A stretch of 64,000 nt of DNA from assembly GCA_050084515.1 (NCBI GenBank), contig CM114271.1:34534001-34598000 (forward strand). The letters run 5' to 3'. The notes beneath the pieces were generated by a model that was given only the letters and a program-made list of their open reading frames with translations, ran no database searches and was not told the DNA's origin. The position numbers and the translations under genes are program-made. This document shows, one piece after another, positions 12,706 through 25,600 of the stretch. The DNA is from Blasia pusilla. Taxonomy: Eukaryota. Position 1 is the first letter of the stretch, and the number at the start of each line of letters is the position of its first letter.

Positions 12706-14665
12706 TTTTGTAACCTCAGAACGGATAAATGCGTACTGCAATCATGTTGGAAGACATGGCGAATTTAAAAGCTCTCCATAAGTCCATAACCCCGATACAA
12801 ACTGCGTATATGTATTATTTATGTTAGAGAGTGCCTTCTTATTCGCAAACATGAGACAACAAAGTAAGAAAATATTTTCTATTTCACTAACATCAAGAAA
12901 ATGTTTCTCTTCTCTACGGGGGGATAAACACAAAGATTATATGTTGCACAAAGTGCAACATGATTATTCCCCTTCACTCCCGTCACCCCACTAGTAAATA
13001 CATATCCACCTTACCAGCGAGGCGTCCTTAATGTAGGCCTTCGCTTCGAATCCGGACGGAAATACTGCAGCTCTTTTGAAAGAATCTTCTTGGACAGTCG
13101 TTTTCTTTCCGCTCCGTACCTGGCCACGCCCAGCTTTTTGAAATGGAATGAAAAAAAAAGAAAGGACCCACAACGTAAAATCCATGTCAGTCGGACTCTT
13201 CAGGCACCGCAACGGCTCCTGGGAATGGATGCGAGGGAAGGCGGTGGGGTTCCGGGACGCACCGATTTGAATATGCGGTTTCGGAACACGCAATTTTGCG
13301 CGGTGCGTGGGGTTGGGGCCGGGGAATATGCAAGCGAGCGTGATTGTGGTCTGCGCGGACGTAAGCGGAAGAATGAATCGTATCCGGGGAAGATGGATTC
13401 TTCGTTCTCCGCTGGAAGATGGGGAATTTGAGGAGCTTCGCAGCAGGAGTCCATCTGCGCATCGGGAGAGATTAGAAAGCAGCTCATGCACGCACGAGGA
13501 GAAAAGGAATCGGTAGCATGGGAAGTTGCGTTGTGTGAAAGGTTGGAGGGTAACTCAACGCGTGCGCTCCCGTGTAAAAGAGCGCATTTCGTGGTCATCT
13601 GTGGACTGTTCTCTGCAGAGCTTTCAACGGGGAAAAGGCTGGACATGTTGAGGACGGAAAGGAAAAGAAAACGCTGTGGACCAGTCCACGCATCCGACTC
13701 GTTCGTTCGAGAGATTTTAATCTCCGCTTTTCACGCCTTTTCACATTCTCCTTCAATTCATGCAACTTTTCCAATGCCGAGGGCCGTTTGCACACGATAG
13801 CGTTTTGGACTGTTATGAAACGAGTATTTGCCGATGCATTTACTTCTCTCTCCCTTTCAGAGCACACTACACAACTCGTGGAGTCCTCCAGCTCAAGTCT
13901 TGTCTCCACTCCGTCCCATATATCTCGCTGGATTGAAGCGGCGAGAGTTGGACCTGGACATCAATAAACCAGTGGCTGCCCGGAGGCAACCCTGGTCGGC
14001 AGTAGGCTATGGCGGATTCTATTCGGCGGTGTCACCCGTTGTTTTCTCTTCTCTCACCTCATTTTTCCCTCGGGGTTTCCCTCATCATTACCTAGTAAAA
14101 CTTCAAACAAAAAAGAATATTGAAGAGGAAACATTTATTCTGGGGCACAACGTCCATCACTCCCTTTTACTCCCACATCAAACTCTCGACACGCGACTAA
14201 TTTTTTCCACTCTACACATGAGATAAGGAACGAAAATAAGGATTATCTTTTGACTCGGACGCAAGAAGCAAAAGTACCTGTAGGATGTGGACGAGTACCT
14301 TGAAAATAAGAGAAACATGACAGAATCTCGAATCTACGAACGCATCCGAGGAGAAGGAGAAAGGTGCCGGTCGTTAGTAGTAGTCGTAGTAGTAGTCTCC
14401 AGGAGTACCTTCAACGGCTCATACAATCAATCAATCAGTCGATCGGTCAGTCTCTCTTTCTTTCTGGTGGTAGCCGTTCAAAATCTGGAGCGAGAGGGAT
14501 GCCTACAGCGGCGAATCTGTCTGGCAATGTAGTCGTTGACACGCCGAGACCCGCAAATCTCCTCCCGTCTTCGCACAAGCACAGGCGATGATTGCCGGGA
14601 ACGAGCGAACGGTCTCTTGACGCGCCGACGGCGCTTAACCGTCGCCGTCGCCGTCGCTCCAGCCG

Positions 14666-14750
14666 TATATAGGTCGCCTGCCCCATCACTCTACCGTATC
14701 TACCGTCCCCGTCCCCGACCCCGCCCCCGCCCCCGCCCCCGCCCCCGCGC
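14666..14750 (+). promoter_or_regulatory. Candidate TATA box followed by a (CCCCG(C/T/A))n tract; probable promoter/5' UTR of the phytocyanin gene
   Basis: ccgtatatagg near 14666, then about 7 hexamer units at 14705-14748. A donor-like GTGAGT near 14850 and an acceptor tgcag ending at 16643, just before the ATG at 16653, would define a ~1.8-kb 5' UTR intron (inference). Confidence 0.45.
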
Positions 14751-16652
14751 CTGCCGTCTGTCTCTGGTCAGTACTCTCTGGAACACACCTCCCTTTCGGC
14801 CGCGCCTTGGCGTGGGACCGGATACTGGACGGACGGAAGAAGGGACAGAGTGAGTGAGTGGCTGGCTGACTGGAAGGAAACACGGCTGCTCAGTAGAGAC
14901 ATCGTTTATATCTATCGGTCAGTCTCCACACCTCAAGAGAGCCTGGCTGTTCTGTAATTCCGCTCAATTTCTCTCTTCCTCAGCTCTTGCTTGTGAGGCT
15001 GAGCTCGCGGCTCCCGCGGGGAACAGGCATCAAGCTTCGCACCTCTCCCCTCGTTGTACTCGGCTACCCGTCAGTCGATTCATGTAGCTGCTGAGCATCC
15101 GATCTGGCAGAGCGAGGCGAGGCTGTTGTGTTGCGAGTCTAGTGAGGCGAGCGGAGGTATACTGAGACAGGGAGCAAGTGCACTGCGAACAAGAAGAATC
15201 AAGTAGGTTGCGCAAATGTGATTGATCAATGCTGGTATCCGATCTTCTGGTTTACTGATCGGTTGCAGGAGTCGTAAGAAGCGAGGTGAATGTCTTGTTT
15301 GACAAGCACCACGTGCTCTCTGCACTGTAGCTGTTCCTACAGGGAGGCGGTGGGAAAGAATTCGAGGCTCGCACGATTTAATGGGGAACGTTGTCCTCGG
15401 AGCTGATCGCATTCTGTTTGAGCTTAGGAATGCTGGGCAGTAACGATGGCGGGACAAGTGTGTTGTCCTAGATGTCACTTGGGGGAATTACCTCTCTATT
15501 GGACAGCGGTGTAACTTGTCTGGTAGGATCGACTGCCCTAAGACCTCATACAGATGAGTCTGCTCATTAAATCTGTGTGGGTGAACGAGGTACGCAACGG
15601 TTCTGCAGGCCCTACAAGGGAAATGTAGCATCCAACAACGATGGTGCAGCGGTAGAGTTCCCGAGCTTCCACAGTTCACAATGTTCGTGTGGACTTTTTT
15701 CCTCCAGTGAGTAGGACTAAGTGCTCTCGCCGAGACGCTTGAGTACATCATGTCAACTCAACCCGACTTCCCTCCACAGGTCCTAGTGAACTGGCCCGTT
15801 TTGAACGTCCCAAAGGAATTGGCGATAGTGTATCCCGATACACGCCCACACCCGTCACGAGCTCAAGCAGGTGATGTCTACAGCTCTTGGACCCGCAATG
15901 CATCCAGCTCCCGTCGGTGTCACAAGGTCAGCGTTGCACATTCCAATCGCTGCAGCCGTTTGATGCCCCTATGACGTAACAGAGAGGGTGGGCGCCCTGT
16001 ACGACCATCACCACAGTAGGAAATGCCGATTCTGGTATCGTCTTGGCGTCAGCGTAGTTGTCGTCTCTCCCATCGCTTGTCCCCTTTCGTTTGGTTTTGG
16101 GGACTCATGGGGTCGTCGAAACTCGGAAACCTTTCAGGTTTAATCTACCTGAAAATGATGTGTTCGGTGGTAGAAGCCCGTACTCACTCATTCCAGCGTC
16201 GCATTGCACATGCCGTCAGCATCAGTTGGATGTGTAGGTTTGCATTGCATGTAGATCGTGCAACACTCGGTCACAGTATCTCTTTTTCCACGTATCCTTA
16301 CCTTTTAATGCGGTTCGAGAATAGAGTCTGCTCGTAGGCATTGTGGTCTTCAGCTGGTCTGCGGAAGTCTTGGTTTCTCGATGCTGTAAATTTAGTGCAG
16401 ATCGGGGTTCTCCCTCCGACTTGTCAGTGAAGTAGAAATACTAATGTATAGGGTTGTGCATTGTAAATGCCATTCGAGTTATAGTTCGACAGTATGATGC
16501 ATCCCAAATGATCCAAAATTTTCCGTCGGAATTCGCCGAACTCGCTCCAGAGATGGCGCACTTCGTAGTTGTGCAGTTGCTGCTCCATTTTCATGAGTTA
16601 TAGTCACTTGGATGCTGAGAAAGCGATATTGGCGTGAGTGCAGGTGGCCGCC

Positions 16653-18334
16653 ATGGGTGTCCGCGTGAGCAGTTGCCAATTGTGCTTCCTCTTGGTGATT
16701 CTTGTGGGAGCTCCGTACTTCCATAATGTTGAAGCAAAAACTTTGAGAGTCGGTGGCGTACTCGGATGGACTAACATGGACCTTACCACGGCTAATTCTC
16801 CAAACTACAACACTTGGGCTAATTCACAAACCATCGAGGTCGGCGATGTGTTAGGTAAGTGGGTGTACTGTAACCGATCTGGAATAGATATTAAAAGCAG
16901 AGTCTTGGATTCGAACAGTCAGTGGCGTGTGGTGTCGAGATGCTGGTATTCCTCACAGTGAGAACTGGACATGAGTTTATTTTCCTGGTTGTCGCTCTCC
17001 CGTCTCGCCATGTTTCGTGTAAACGGCAGAGACGTGATTGGATTAAAGGCGGCGCATGGAAGTTGACCATGCGCAATCGTTGTTGCAGTTTTCAACTCCG
17101 TCGCCAACGTTCACAATGTTTATGAATTCCCAACGCAAGCCGCGTACGACACGTGCTCTTTCACTGCCGCGACACTACTCTCCGACGGTTCATCCGGAAC
17201 GTTTTCGGTACGAGTCCTGATTAGTAATTCCATGGATTCTCTTGCATAGTCGGTTTGTAAGGACCGAGTTCTATTGCGTTCTTCGTTCTAATCGCAGTCC
17301 TCTGTATGCTTGCCTATCGCAGTGGACAGCTCCTGCCGCGGGTGAGTACTTCTTCGGTTGCTCTGTTGGAATGGAGGCATCGCATTGCGCGCAGGGACAG
17401 AAGTTCGCAGCTAGAGTGTTTCAGCCGACAGCCGATGCGCCCGCGCCTCCTCCCACTGCCGGAGGACCTGTTCTAGCTCCCACCACCCCACCACCCTCTC
17501 CGCCGCCACCAGCTGTCCTCCCTCCCCCTCCAACTGCAGCCCCCGTCGCTCCCATTCCCGCCCCAACTCCACCACCGGTTCTCCCACCACCCGCTCCAGC
17601 TCCCCTAACAGCACCCCCAACCCCAGCGCCCGTTGCCGCAGTGCCTACTCCAGCACCCGTCGTAACCCCACCAACCCCAGCCCCGGTCGTGGCCCCGCCA
17701 ACTGCAGCCCCAGTTCCAGCTCCAGTCACTACCCCACCAACGCCCGCTCCTTCCACCGCTGTACCCATACCAGCTCCCACTACGGCTGCACCGACGCCAG
17801 CTCCCACCACAGCCACACCCACGCCAGCTCCGACTACGGTCCCAGTAGCGGCTCCGGCACCCAGACCTGTGGCTCCCGCCCCCACCCCCAAGGGCAAGGC
17901 CCCAGCTCCCACCCCTAAGCGTGCCCCGGTTCCAGCTCCGGCCCCATCGCCATTCCTTGGACCTCCTGCGCCTCCGAGCGAGACTACACCCGTCGCCCCC
18001 GCGATCGCACCCTCGGCTGTCCCGACACCACCGGTAAGTGAAAGATCTAGCTTCCTTGTGGATTTCGTCGTTCTCCGCCGTCACTTCCTACCACCGACGG
18101 GATCCTGCACTCTTTGTATTCAGCAGGATGCTGCATTAGGTACTCTCTCGGTGGTGTCCGATTTCACTGAGCGTTTACGGCCTGATTGCTTGGTGTCAGC
18201 GTTTGGATCAGCGTTTCTAACAGTTTATTTGCCTGTGCGACCTGTCACAGAGCGCCGGCATCATCAACACCCCTTACACATGGAGAGCTGTGGTGCTTGC
18301 TGCTGCTCTTTTGGCGGCCCTGACAATGTACTAA
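16653..18334 (+). CDS. Phytocyanin (stellacyanin-type) / arabinogalactan-protein chimera, GPI-anchored, ~371 aa; exons 16653-16854, 17089-17207, 17323-18033, 18251-18334
   Basis: Signal peptide, then VGGVLGW...YNTWANSQTIEVGDVL|VF...HNVYEF...YDTC...|...YFFGCSVGMEASHCAQGQKF. The Cu ligands are H-C-H-Q, the stellacyanin pattern. A ~200-aa AP/TP/PP-rich region follows, then a hydrophobic C-terminal GPI signal (SAGIINTPYTWRAVVLAAALLAALTMY*). All introns are GT-AG and in phase. Confidence 0.93.
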
Positions 18335-18915
18335 GAAACAATGGAGTGACAGTCGTCCGCTACTTATTAAATATGGCTTTTCGTCCATAGCCTTCGAAAG
18401 GACCCGGACATTCTTCCTTCGTCGATTTGGTCCGTTGCTGAACGTAACCTGTAGATGGATGGTACTGGCTGGCATTCCAAGCGCAATCTTCGAAAGCCTG
18501 GCCGCTGAGATGCAGACGCCTCTGTACTAAAAAAACAGTTGGGTGAGGCTATTCTTCACCATGTTAGAAATCCATTCTGTGTGCGCGACTCGCATAAACA
18601 ATTAATTCTTATGTCCTGCGCCGAACCACAGGACTTCTAAAAGTTAATTCTTATGGTCTATGCCCAGCCATAGACAGTTTTGACAGTAGATTTAAAACCA
18701 GAATAGTATCTATGCTACATACTTCTGATGTAACTTTCGCTTCCAACTGGTTTGCTGCTGGGTGATTCTGCCTCACGGCGGTTGAATCGATGCGGAATAT
18801 TTTATATTGTATAGTTTTCTCAAAGATCTCAACAAGTGCATGTGTTACCACAACTCCGAAGTAATGGCCCAGTCGGCTGTTCTGTTTCCCCGTTGGCTTC
18901 CTGGTCTCGACAAAT

Positions 18916-21900
18916 TCATCTGGCACTGTCGTCCTCGCTTTCGTCCGTGCTCGATCTTGGCGATCCAATGTCGTAATGTGTCGACTGTGAGTCCTCACTC
19001 CTGCTCGAGGGGCTGGCTGGGTAAGATGACGATTGCCCCCTGTTTTCCCGAATTGAGTAGTGGGTGGAGTGGGAATCAGTGCTTTCGCCTGTCGCTGTCG
19101 AGGAAGGAGAACGAGGAGAGACGGAACCTGACGCCACTCCACTGCTAGATGTGCGCGTGGATGAATATATGCTGTCCAGGTGTCCTTCACTGGGGTCTCC
19201 TTCACTGGCAGTTGCGTTCATACGGTCTATCATTTTCTCCAGCTTTTCCAATCCTCCTCCATGTAGCCTGCGTAGACCATCCATCCACACGCAAACATCA
19301 GATCACAAAGCTCCATCGGTATTCCAACCCTCCTTTCTAGTGAGCGTAACAATGCACTCACTTTATGATATGCTCAGCTTGACGTTGCTGGAGAAACTTG
19401 GGATTCGGAGTAATCACAAAGATTTCGCGTCCCTGCTCCACCGGTGCGCTCGGGATCCAAACCGGGTTGAAAACCTATCATGCATGTCACGTGAGATTAG
19501 TGAACAGTAACGTCTCCAAAAGGGAATCGGATAGTCGTACCGTAAGACACGATTTAGTGAGGAGCAAGCGCATGAGTACGAACCCTTGTCTCGTCGTACG
19601 CAGCGTTCTCAACCTTCACAAACGCGTGCATTTTATCAAACCTCCTCTGCAACCTGTTTTGTCGACAGACGCACACCCCGAGTGCACAGCAGAGGAGAAT
19701 CATGTAAATCATTGCCGTCGAGAGAATCGTCACAGAACTGTTGTAGAAAGTTTTGGTAAAATCTGCATCCCCCCCGTGGAAGAAAACAACAATCACTCTC
19801 CCTCGCGTCAAGCAGCCTCATCAAATGATGGCATTTCCTGCGTATCACTTGGAGGGTTAAGATGCGACAACCATACACCGAAAATTGAGGTCGACTGATG
19901 AAAAAGAGACCGGAGAGGATCGCAACTCCAGCGACTGAGGAGGAAAACTCACGGAAAAATGCGAACCATGCGCCCGCTCCTTCGATCTTGAAAGTTATCA
20001 TTGCGGTAGCTCGGGCCGCAGTGATGGCTGAACGATCACTGGCGTTGGTGGGGTAAACCAACATGATCATAGTACTTACACTGTCTTTGCCCTGCGCAGT
20101 GACATAGCGTCAGTGCTTTCACGCTTCCAGTCCCGTGGTTTGCTCACGCAGTGAGAAGTTTAGGGTCCTGACGGCGTTCAAGTTATGTAATCTAAACCAC
20201 CGAGATAAACTGTCGAGTGTGAGCATCTTCCGTGACGTGGAGGAGGGCTCTGGAGGGACTCGGGCACTTACAACACCGAATCCTTTCCCAAATTCCAGGG
20301 ATGCGAGAGCAGCATTGACCTCAGAAATCGTTCCTAAGAACTGAATTCCTGCGCCGGGAACCTCCACGTACGCGTAGGTAAGATTCCTTTGGGGCGGCAG
20401 AGAAGCCCAAAAGTCACCTACAGTATCTTGATGCTTCGTGTCATTCTCCAATTTTCGAGGCAGAGTAACCATCAAAGCTCCACTGTCGACCTGGAGAACA
20501 ACTTCAAACCCTGAAGGGAGGCCATAGAGTAAATTGTTAGAGCTGAGGGAGGAGACAATCGGTGCCTGAACGAGCTTCGATTTTGAAAGGCAAGCTTAAT
20601 TTTTGATCGCACTGAACCTACCTCCCACTACAGGGCTAGCAGAAGATGCGGCTGAAGGTTGAACACTGATTCCATGGATTGCAACTCCTGTAAGGTAAAC
20701 AGATACATTCACAATGCTGATATTCTGTGGGGCAATGATCGTAGGCTTCAAGTCGGAATCCGCGGTAGAGTCGAATGGTTGGTCGGGAGAAGGCGGAGCG
20801 TTGGCCGATGGGGTAAGAACCGGGAAAGCAGTTCCATTTACAATGACGGACGACTGTGCTGGCGCGGAAGATGGAATATCGGCCGACGTGGGACTAGGTG
20901 CACTTGAATTCGAAACCACCGGAGTAGGAGGAGAAGGTGAAGTTGCATCAGCTGCTGGGACAACTTCAATATGACTGAGTGTGTCCGCTTTTGTTACGAG
21001 CATCTGACGATCCCTGGAACCGATTTTCAACCATCAACGGTAAGCAATTCGTCAGCCCTTGATACGACGGTATGCGTAGAATAACTGAACTGGAGATGGA
21101 CGACAGTTGCGGCACGCAGTGCGTACAACGTTGTTGCACTAAGCAAGAGTTATCACTTCTTACTAAGAGAAAGAGAAGAAGAAGAAGAATTTCGAGGATA
21201 AATCAATCACCTTCGATTAGATGAGGGCCTCTCATTATGAGGGATAGTCAGTTTTGGGTGGCGTTCTTTAACAAACACTTCGACCTTCCCTATTGCGATG
21301 CGATGAAGAGAATCTTCCATCTTGTAAGACATTCTATCCGTACCAACGAAGCCTTTGAAGGGTGTGTACATGAGCACGCATCCGTAGATCCGAGCAAAAC
21401 CTTGCCGAGGAGCCTGCATCACACAAGTAAGCAAGCCTAAGATCTGACCCGGGATAGAGCTACTTCACTGACGACAGCTTTAATCGGAGTCTAACTTGTT
21501 TACCCAGATGGCATACACAGGGGCGATTTGTAGTCCAGGGATTTGTAGTCTGTTCGCACGACTCAGATTGCAGCGCAGAGCCGTGGTCTGAGGTGGAAAT
21601 CTCATTCCTGTTTGTTTTGATCAATGGACCCCGGGTTTGTCATTTTGGCATGCTGCTGTTTTCGTGATGAGTTCACGGCATTCCCAGAAGATGGGCGACT
21701 GTAAGAAATGTATGGCTAGTCAGACTACACGTATGAAATGTATGGAAATGACAAGCTGGATGTTTCTCTGGATGGTGTGATCAATCAACATCATTTGACA
21801 CTCTTTCCGCATTCGTATCTCTGAGTGTAGATTGAGCTGGAAACTTCAGCAATTATGTTATCTGTCGAATAGCCACTTTGAAGTATACAGCTTAGGGTGG

Positions 21901-22658
21901 TGGTCGGGTAGGTACCTGAGTCAACTCCAGCAAAGTGGGGGATCCGAAAGAGATGTAGTCGTTCTCTAGAACGTTCATACTGACAGCTTTGTCTGTCAAT
22001 GTGTGAGCTACATCATCCGTGGCTACAGGCCAAAAGTCTGCAGTTCAGGTTTGAACATGTTCACGGCTATGTACCACAGGTAGGACTCCTGCAGGTTGTT
22101 GAAATTGGGAGGATTTCAAGCTCTATCAGCTTTACTTGGTTGGAACATTAGTAGGTCCTCAGGCAGAACATTTGGACCAAGATGTTGCAAAGGAAACTAC
22201 GATGCAGGGGGTTACAAAATACACCACCACTACGGCAAAATGCTCTTGCCTCTGTAAAGTGCAAACAAGACTGGGCGGCTAGATTCGCTCCGCAGCGCGT
22301 TGTCAACTTGAAGGCAACTAGCATCGTCTTCCTCCCAGGGCCAATCCAATTTCCGGTGCTTTTTCGCTAGGATGCCATTGGCTTCGTCAGGGCAAGATGG
22401 CAGGAGTGGAGCTCTTCCCGGCTTAAGCACATAAACAGGCCCACGATCTTTCCACATGTTTCCTCTCGTCTGAATTCTGTGGCGGCACACAAATACTGAC
22501 GCTTCTAGCTTGTCCTCGAGCTCGTCATTGTTCTCGTTCTGCCAATGGCAAGCACATTCAACAGAGCCTGCAGCAAACGCAATTATCCTCATCGACAACA
22601 GCCACCGGATCAGCAGTCGTGTCCAAGCAACAAACGGGTTCAGGAGACACCGACCCAT
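18916..22658 (-). CDS. GEX2 (GAMETE EXPRESSED 2)-related single-pass membrane protein with an Ig/cadherin-like (Big_9) module, ~715 aa; exons 22658-22250, 22037-21916, 21413-21211, 21013-20622, 20510-20272, 20091-19953, 19762-19584, 19474-19362, 19267-18916 (5' end uncertain)
   Basis: Nine phase-consistent exons give one open frame. These motifs match the C-terminal half of plant GEX2 in order, by eye: FWPVATDD...SMNVLENDY...GCVLMYTPFKGFVGTDRMSY, PTIIAPQNI, FEVVLQVDSGALMVTLP...GIQFLGTISEVNAAL. A TM helix (VTILSTAMIYMILLCCALGVCVC) and a Ser-rich tail follow. An open exon-like segment at ~23000-22765 could extend or replace the N-terminus. Confidence 0.72.
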
Positions 22659-25600
22659 TCACGCCGGATAGCACAACCGAATCAGGCCCCGAATGTTCTC
22701 ATCTTTAACTACTTGCAGCCCTCTGCGAATTAGGTCATCCGAAAGCAAGCCAATAAAGCTTACTGCCATGGAGAATGCTCAAGATCGTGAGGGAATCGGG
22801 TGGAGCTGTATCAGAAGGTTTGAGTTTATCGACCAAGCGAGTACCTGCTGAGCAAAGCCCGCTCACTTGGGCGGTGACGGAGCGAACGGTTTCACATCTC
22901 TTGTCGTAGAGTGTCATCTCCAATGCGTCCGAATCTCCATCAAGATGTAAAGCGAGTGATGACCCACTTTTGCAAAAGATACTTGTGTTACACGGATAAC
23001 CTACAGGGCACCATGTGGCAAAGTCACTTTCTATATCCCTCTCCGGTGGTTTTAGTACTCATCGAAGGGAAGTAATCGACCTCATAATCATAGGGCAAAG
23101 TGCCCTGTGTTTATGAGCTTGATTACTTCTCGATGAGAAGGCCGTGAATTGTACGTTCCAAGGCAACAACAAGAGACGTCTTTCAAAGAGAGGATCTCAT
23201 CAATCCCATGAGAAGGACAGATCAATCGGACGGACGTCACGTGTGGACAATTTCCAGTTGATCGTTGCGAGAGAAAGAGTTACAATGTCTGCTCCCGCAC
23301 CGCAGTAGAGAAGTAAGAAGGATGGAAGGAACTTGGATTCTAAAATCGCACTCAGGATTTATGCCCGAAGCGACCAACTCAAGCACCAGAGACCAGGATG
23401 GACATCTGAAATCTCTAGAGAGACCCACCGGATGCACACGACACCAAAATCAAACATAGTGTCCAGGCGGTTAGGCTTCGGAAGATTGCCATTCTCCGAA
23501 ATTTCACTCATAGCGTTGCTGGAGAAGTCGGAATCTGAGCGCGTGAAGTCGAAAGAAAACGCTGTTTTTCCACGCGACGCAAACCCTGCACGTCCCTGAG
23601 GTGCTACAATGTGAAATCCCAGGGTCCTCCCCATAGCAACGAGGCGGCTTCGCTAAGCGCTACAACCCGTCCAATTACAACCACCACACGATCCAGGAGC
23701 GTCGGAGACAAGCCGTCATCTCAATCTTCTCCATAAAGCTCGAGTGATGGGAATTCCTAGGACCACGGTAAGAAAGAAGGGCCATCGGCTTCACGAGAAG
23801 CGTGCATTCCACTTCCACGTCCAACAAGAAGTTCCTCCAGCTTCAGCCGGCTTCAAGTCCAGCGGTGCCCTAAGACGATGAAAAGTCGCGCAACAGCTGC
23901 GCGAATTCCAAATGGGTTCATATCGAATTGCAGCAGTTATATCAACCCGCCACGTGCCGGGCATGTTTCAATCGATCCGAGCAGGAGGAGGTAAATAATA
24001 AACATGCCAAAGAAGGACTCGACGAAGCTTGTAACGAGATGCCGCTGTCACTACTCACAACCCATCCTCACGAGTACTAGCTGCTGTGATCTGTCAGTTT
24101 GACAGTTCCCTCTCTGTGCACTTCTCTTGGAACTCATGAGTGGTTTCTCTGGTCCGGAAGGCTTCGTTGGTTTGCAGCAGCGCACGTAAGCGGTAACCAG
24201 TGAGTGCGAAGGTGCACAGTGCTCAAGTTGGAATAGCGAGGAGCTTGCCCCGTGATAGGGGGAACGATTTGTTGAGGTGGAGCCATAGGCCTGTCTGGTG
24301 CCATCACCGAGGGACCGGCCTATCAAGTTGAAGTGCAGACAGAGCTCTGCTCCGATCTCACCTCCATATCTGAGGCATTTCGCGGCTCCCAGGATGCGAT
24401 GTCATCGTGTTGTAAGATATAGCCTCAGACGGGATCCGACGAGAAGGCAATTGCGTCGACGCCCCTCCGTGGTTCATTGAACTGTACTTACGACTTTCGT
24501 AAATTCGCAGGTTTCTCGCGACGCCTCTGATCCAATTTGGCGGTTTCTTTCTCCGCGTCCACGCACTTAACGAACTTCCTCCGGATCCTTCCAGCAGTGA
24601 GGTGTGAATCGACCCTGACTGAGATGAGATTTCCATTTGCTGAAATAGGGGCTGAAACGTGGATATACGCGTGCACAGTGTCGATGTCATGATGTTAGTG
24701 ATCATCCAGGAAGACGAGGTCGAATTATTAAAGCGTAGTCCCGCTCATGAATGCTTCTCGACTGTGGTCATCAGTGGATAGGCAAATAGCGGTGCGCTTT
24801 AGATTCCAGGACACTTGTCCATGAAATTCATTAATGAGAACTGCTCCGGTAACATCCTTCCGTTGCTCAATTTGAGGATGACGATAGATGGCTTTCGGAA
24901 GCGTACCATTCAACCACTCTCAGGTAACATGAAGCCGGGGCACGTGAAATTTCGAAGCGTCAGAAGATTTGCCGCAGTGTTGTGAAAATTCTGCGGTGAG
25001 TCTGCGCTGGGTTTGTCAGGGAATGAAACACCAGTTATCCACAATAGGGCTCTGAGTGAGTCGGGAAGCTCAACGAAGGAACTTGAAGTAAAATTATGAC
25101 TAAAACGGATACGGTACGAACTTTGGGAAATTTCCCGCGGCTGCTCCGAATTCGCGATCACTGTGCGTGCTGATGCACCTCTGTTCTAGATTGAAACAGG
25201 TGGCCTTGATTTCCTGAAGTCAAATATGAACATTTGATGTTCCCGGTGATCAGGATCATGTGTGAAAATGAGTTGAGAAGAAGTGCGTCGCTCATTAAAA
25301 TGCAGGAAAAGTGAGTAGGCGACGTCGTGTTCAACGAGCTGGTGTTTGCTCGCTTCACATGTTCATATGTGCAGGAAAGAGAAGAGCTTGACTGCGTATC
25401 AAGTTGCATGAAGAGATCACGACAGGAGTACCTCGGTGAGGGCTGGTGAGGATAACCACGCGCTGATCAGCAACAGTGAGATGAGATGAGACGATGGCAC
25501 GCGCCCTGTTCATCCCTATGTTGCCTCACCCCAGAAATCGCCACCTCTTTTTTGGTACCAAAAATTTCCATGCTTGTTTTCTCCATGACTCGAGCGATTC

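Noticed and set aside
12411-12713. 100-aa ORF with three 33-aa hydrophobic repeats
   Set aside because: It is a by-product of the 99-bp tandem repeat, with a non-ATG start and no gene context.
17411-18084. Gly/Ala/Val-rich and Trp/Arg-rich minus-strand ORFs
   Set aside because: These are antisense shadows of the Pro-rich stellacyanin-AGP exon.
17242-18390. 382-aa ORF as a single-exon gene
   Set aside because: Its N- and C-terminal portions read through introns or in the wrong frame. The spliced model restores the signal peptide, Cu domain and GPI signal.
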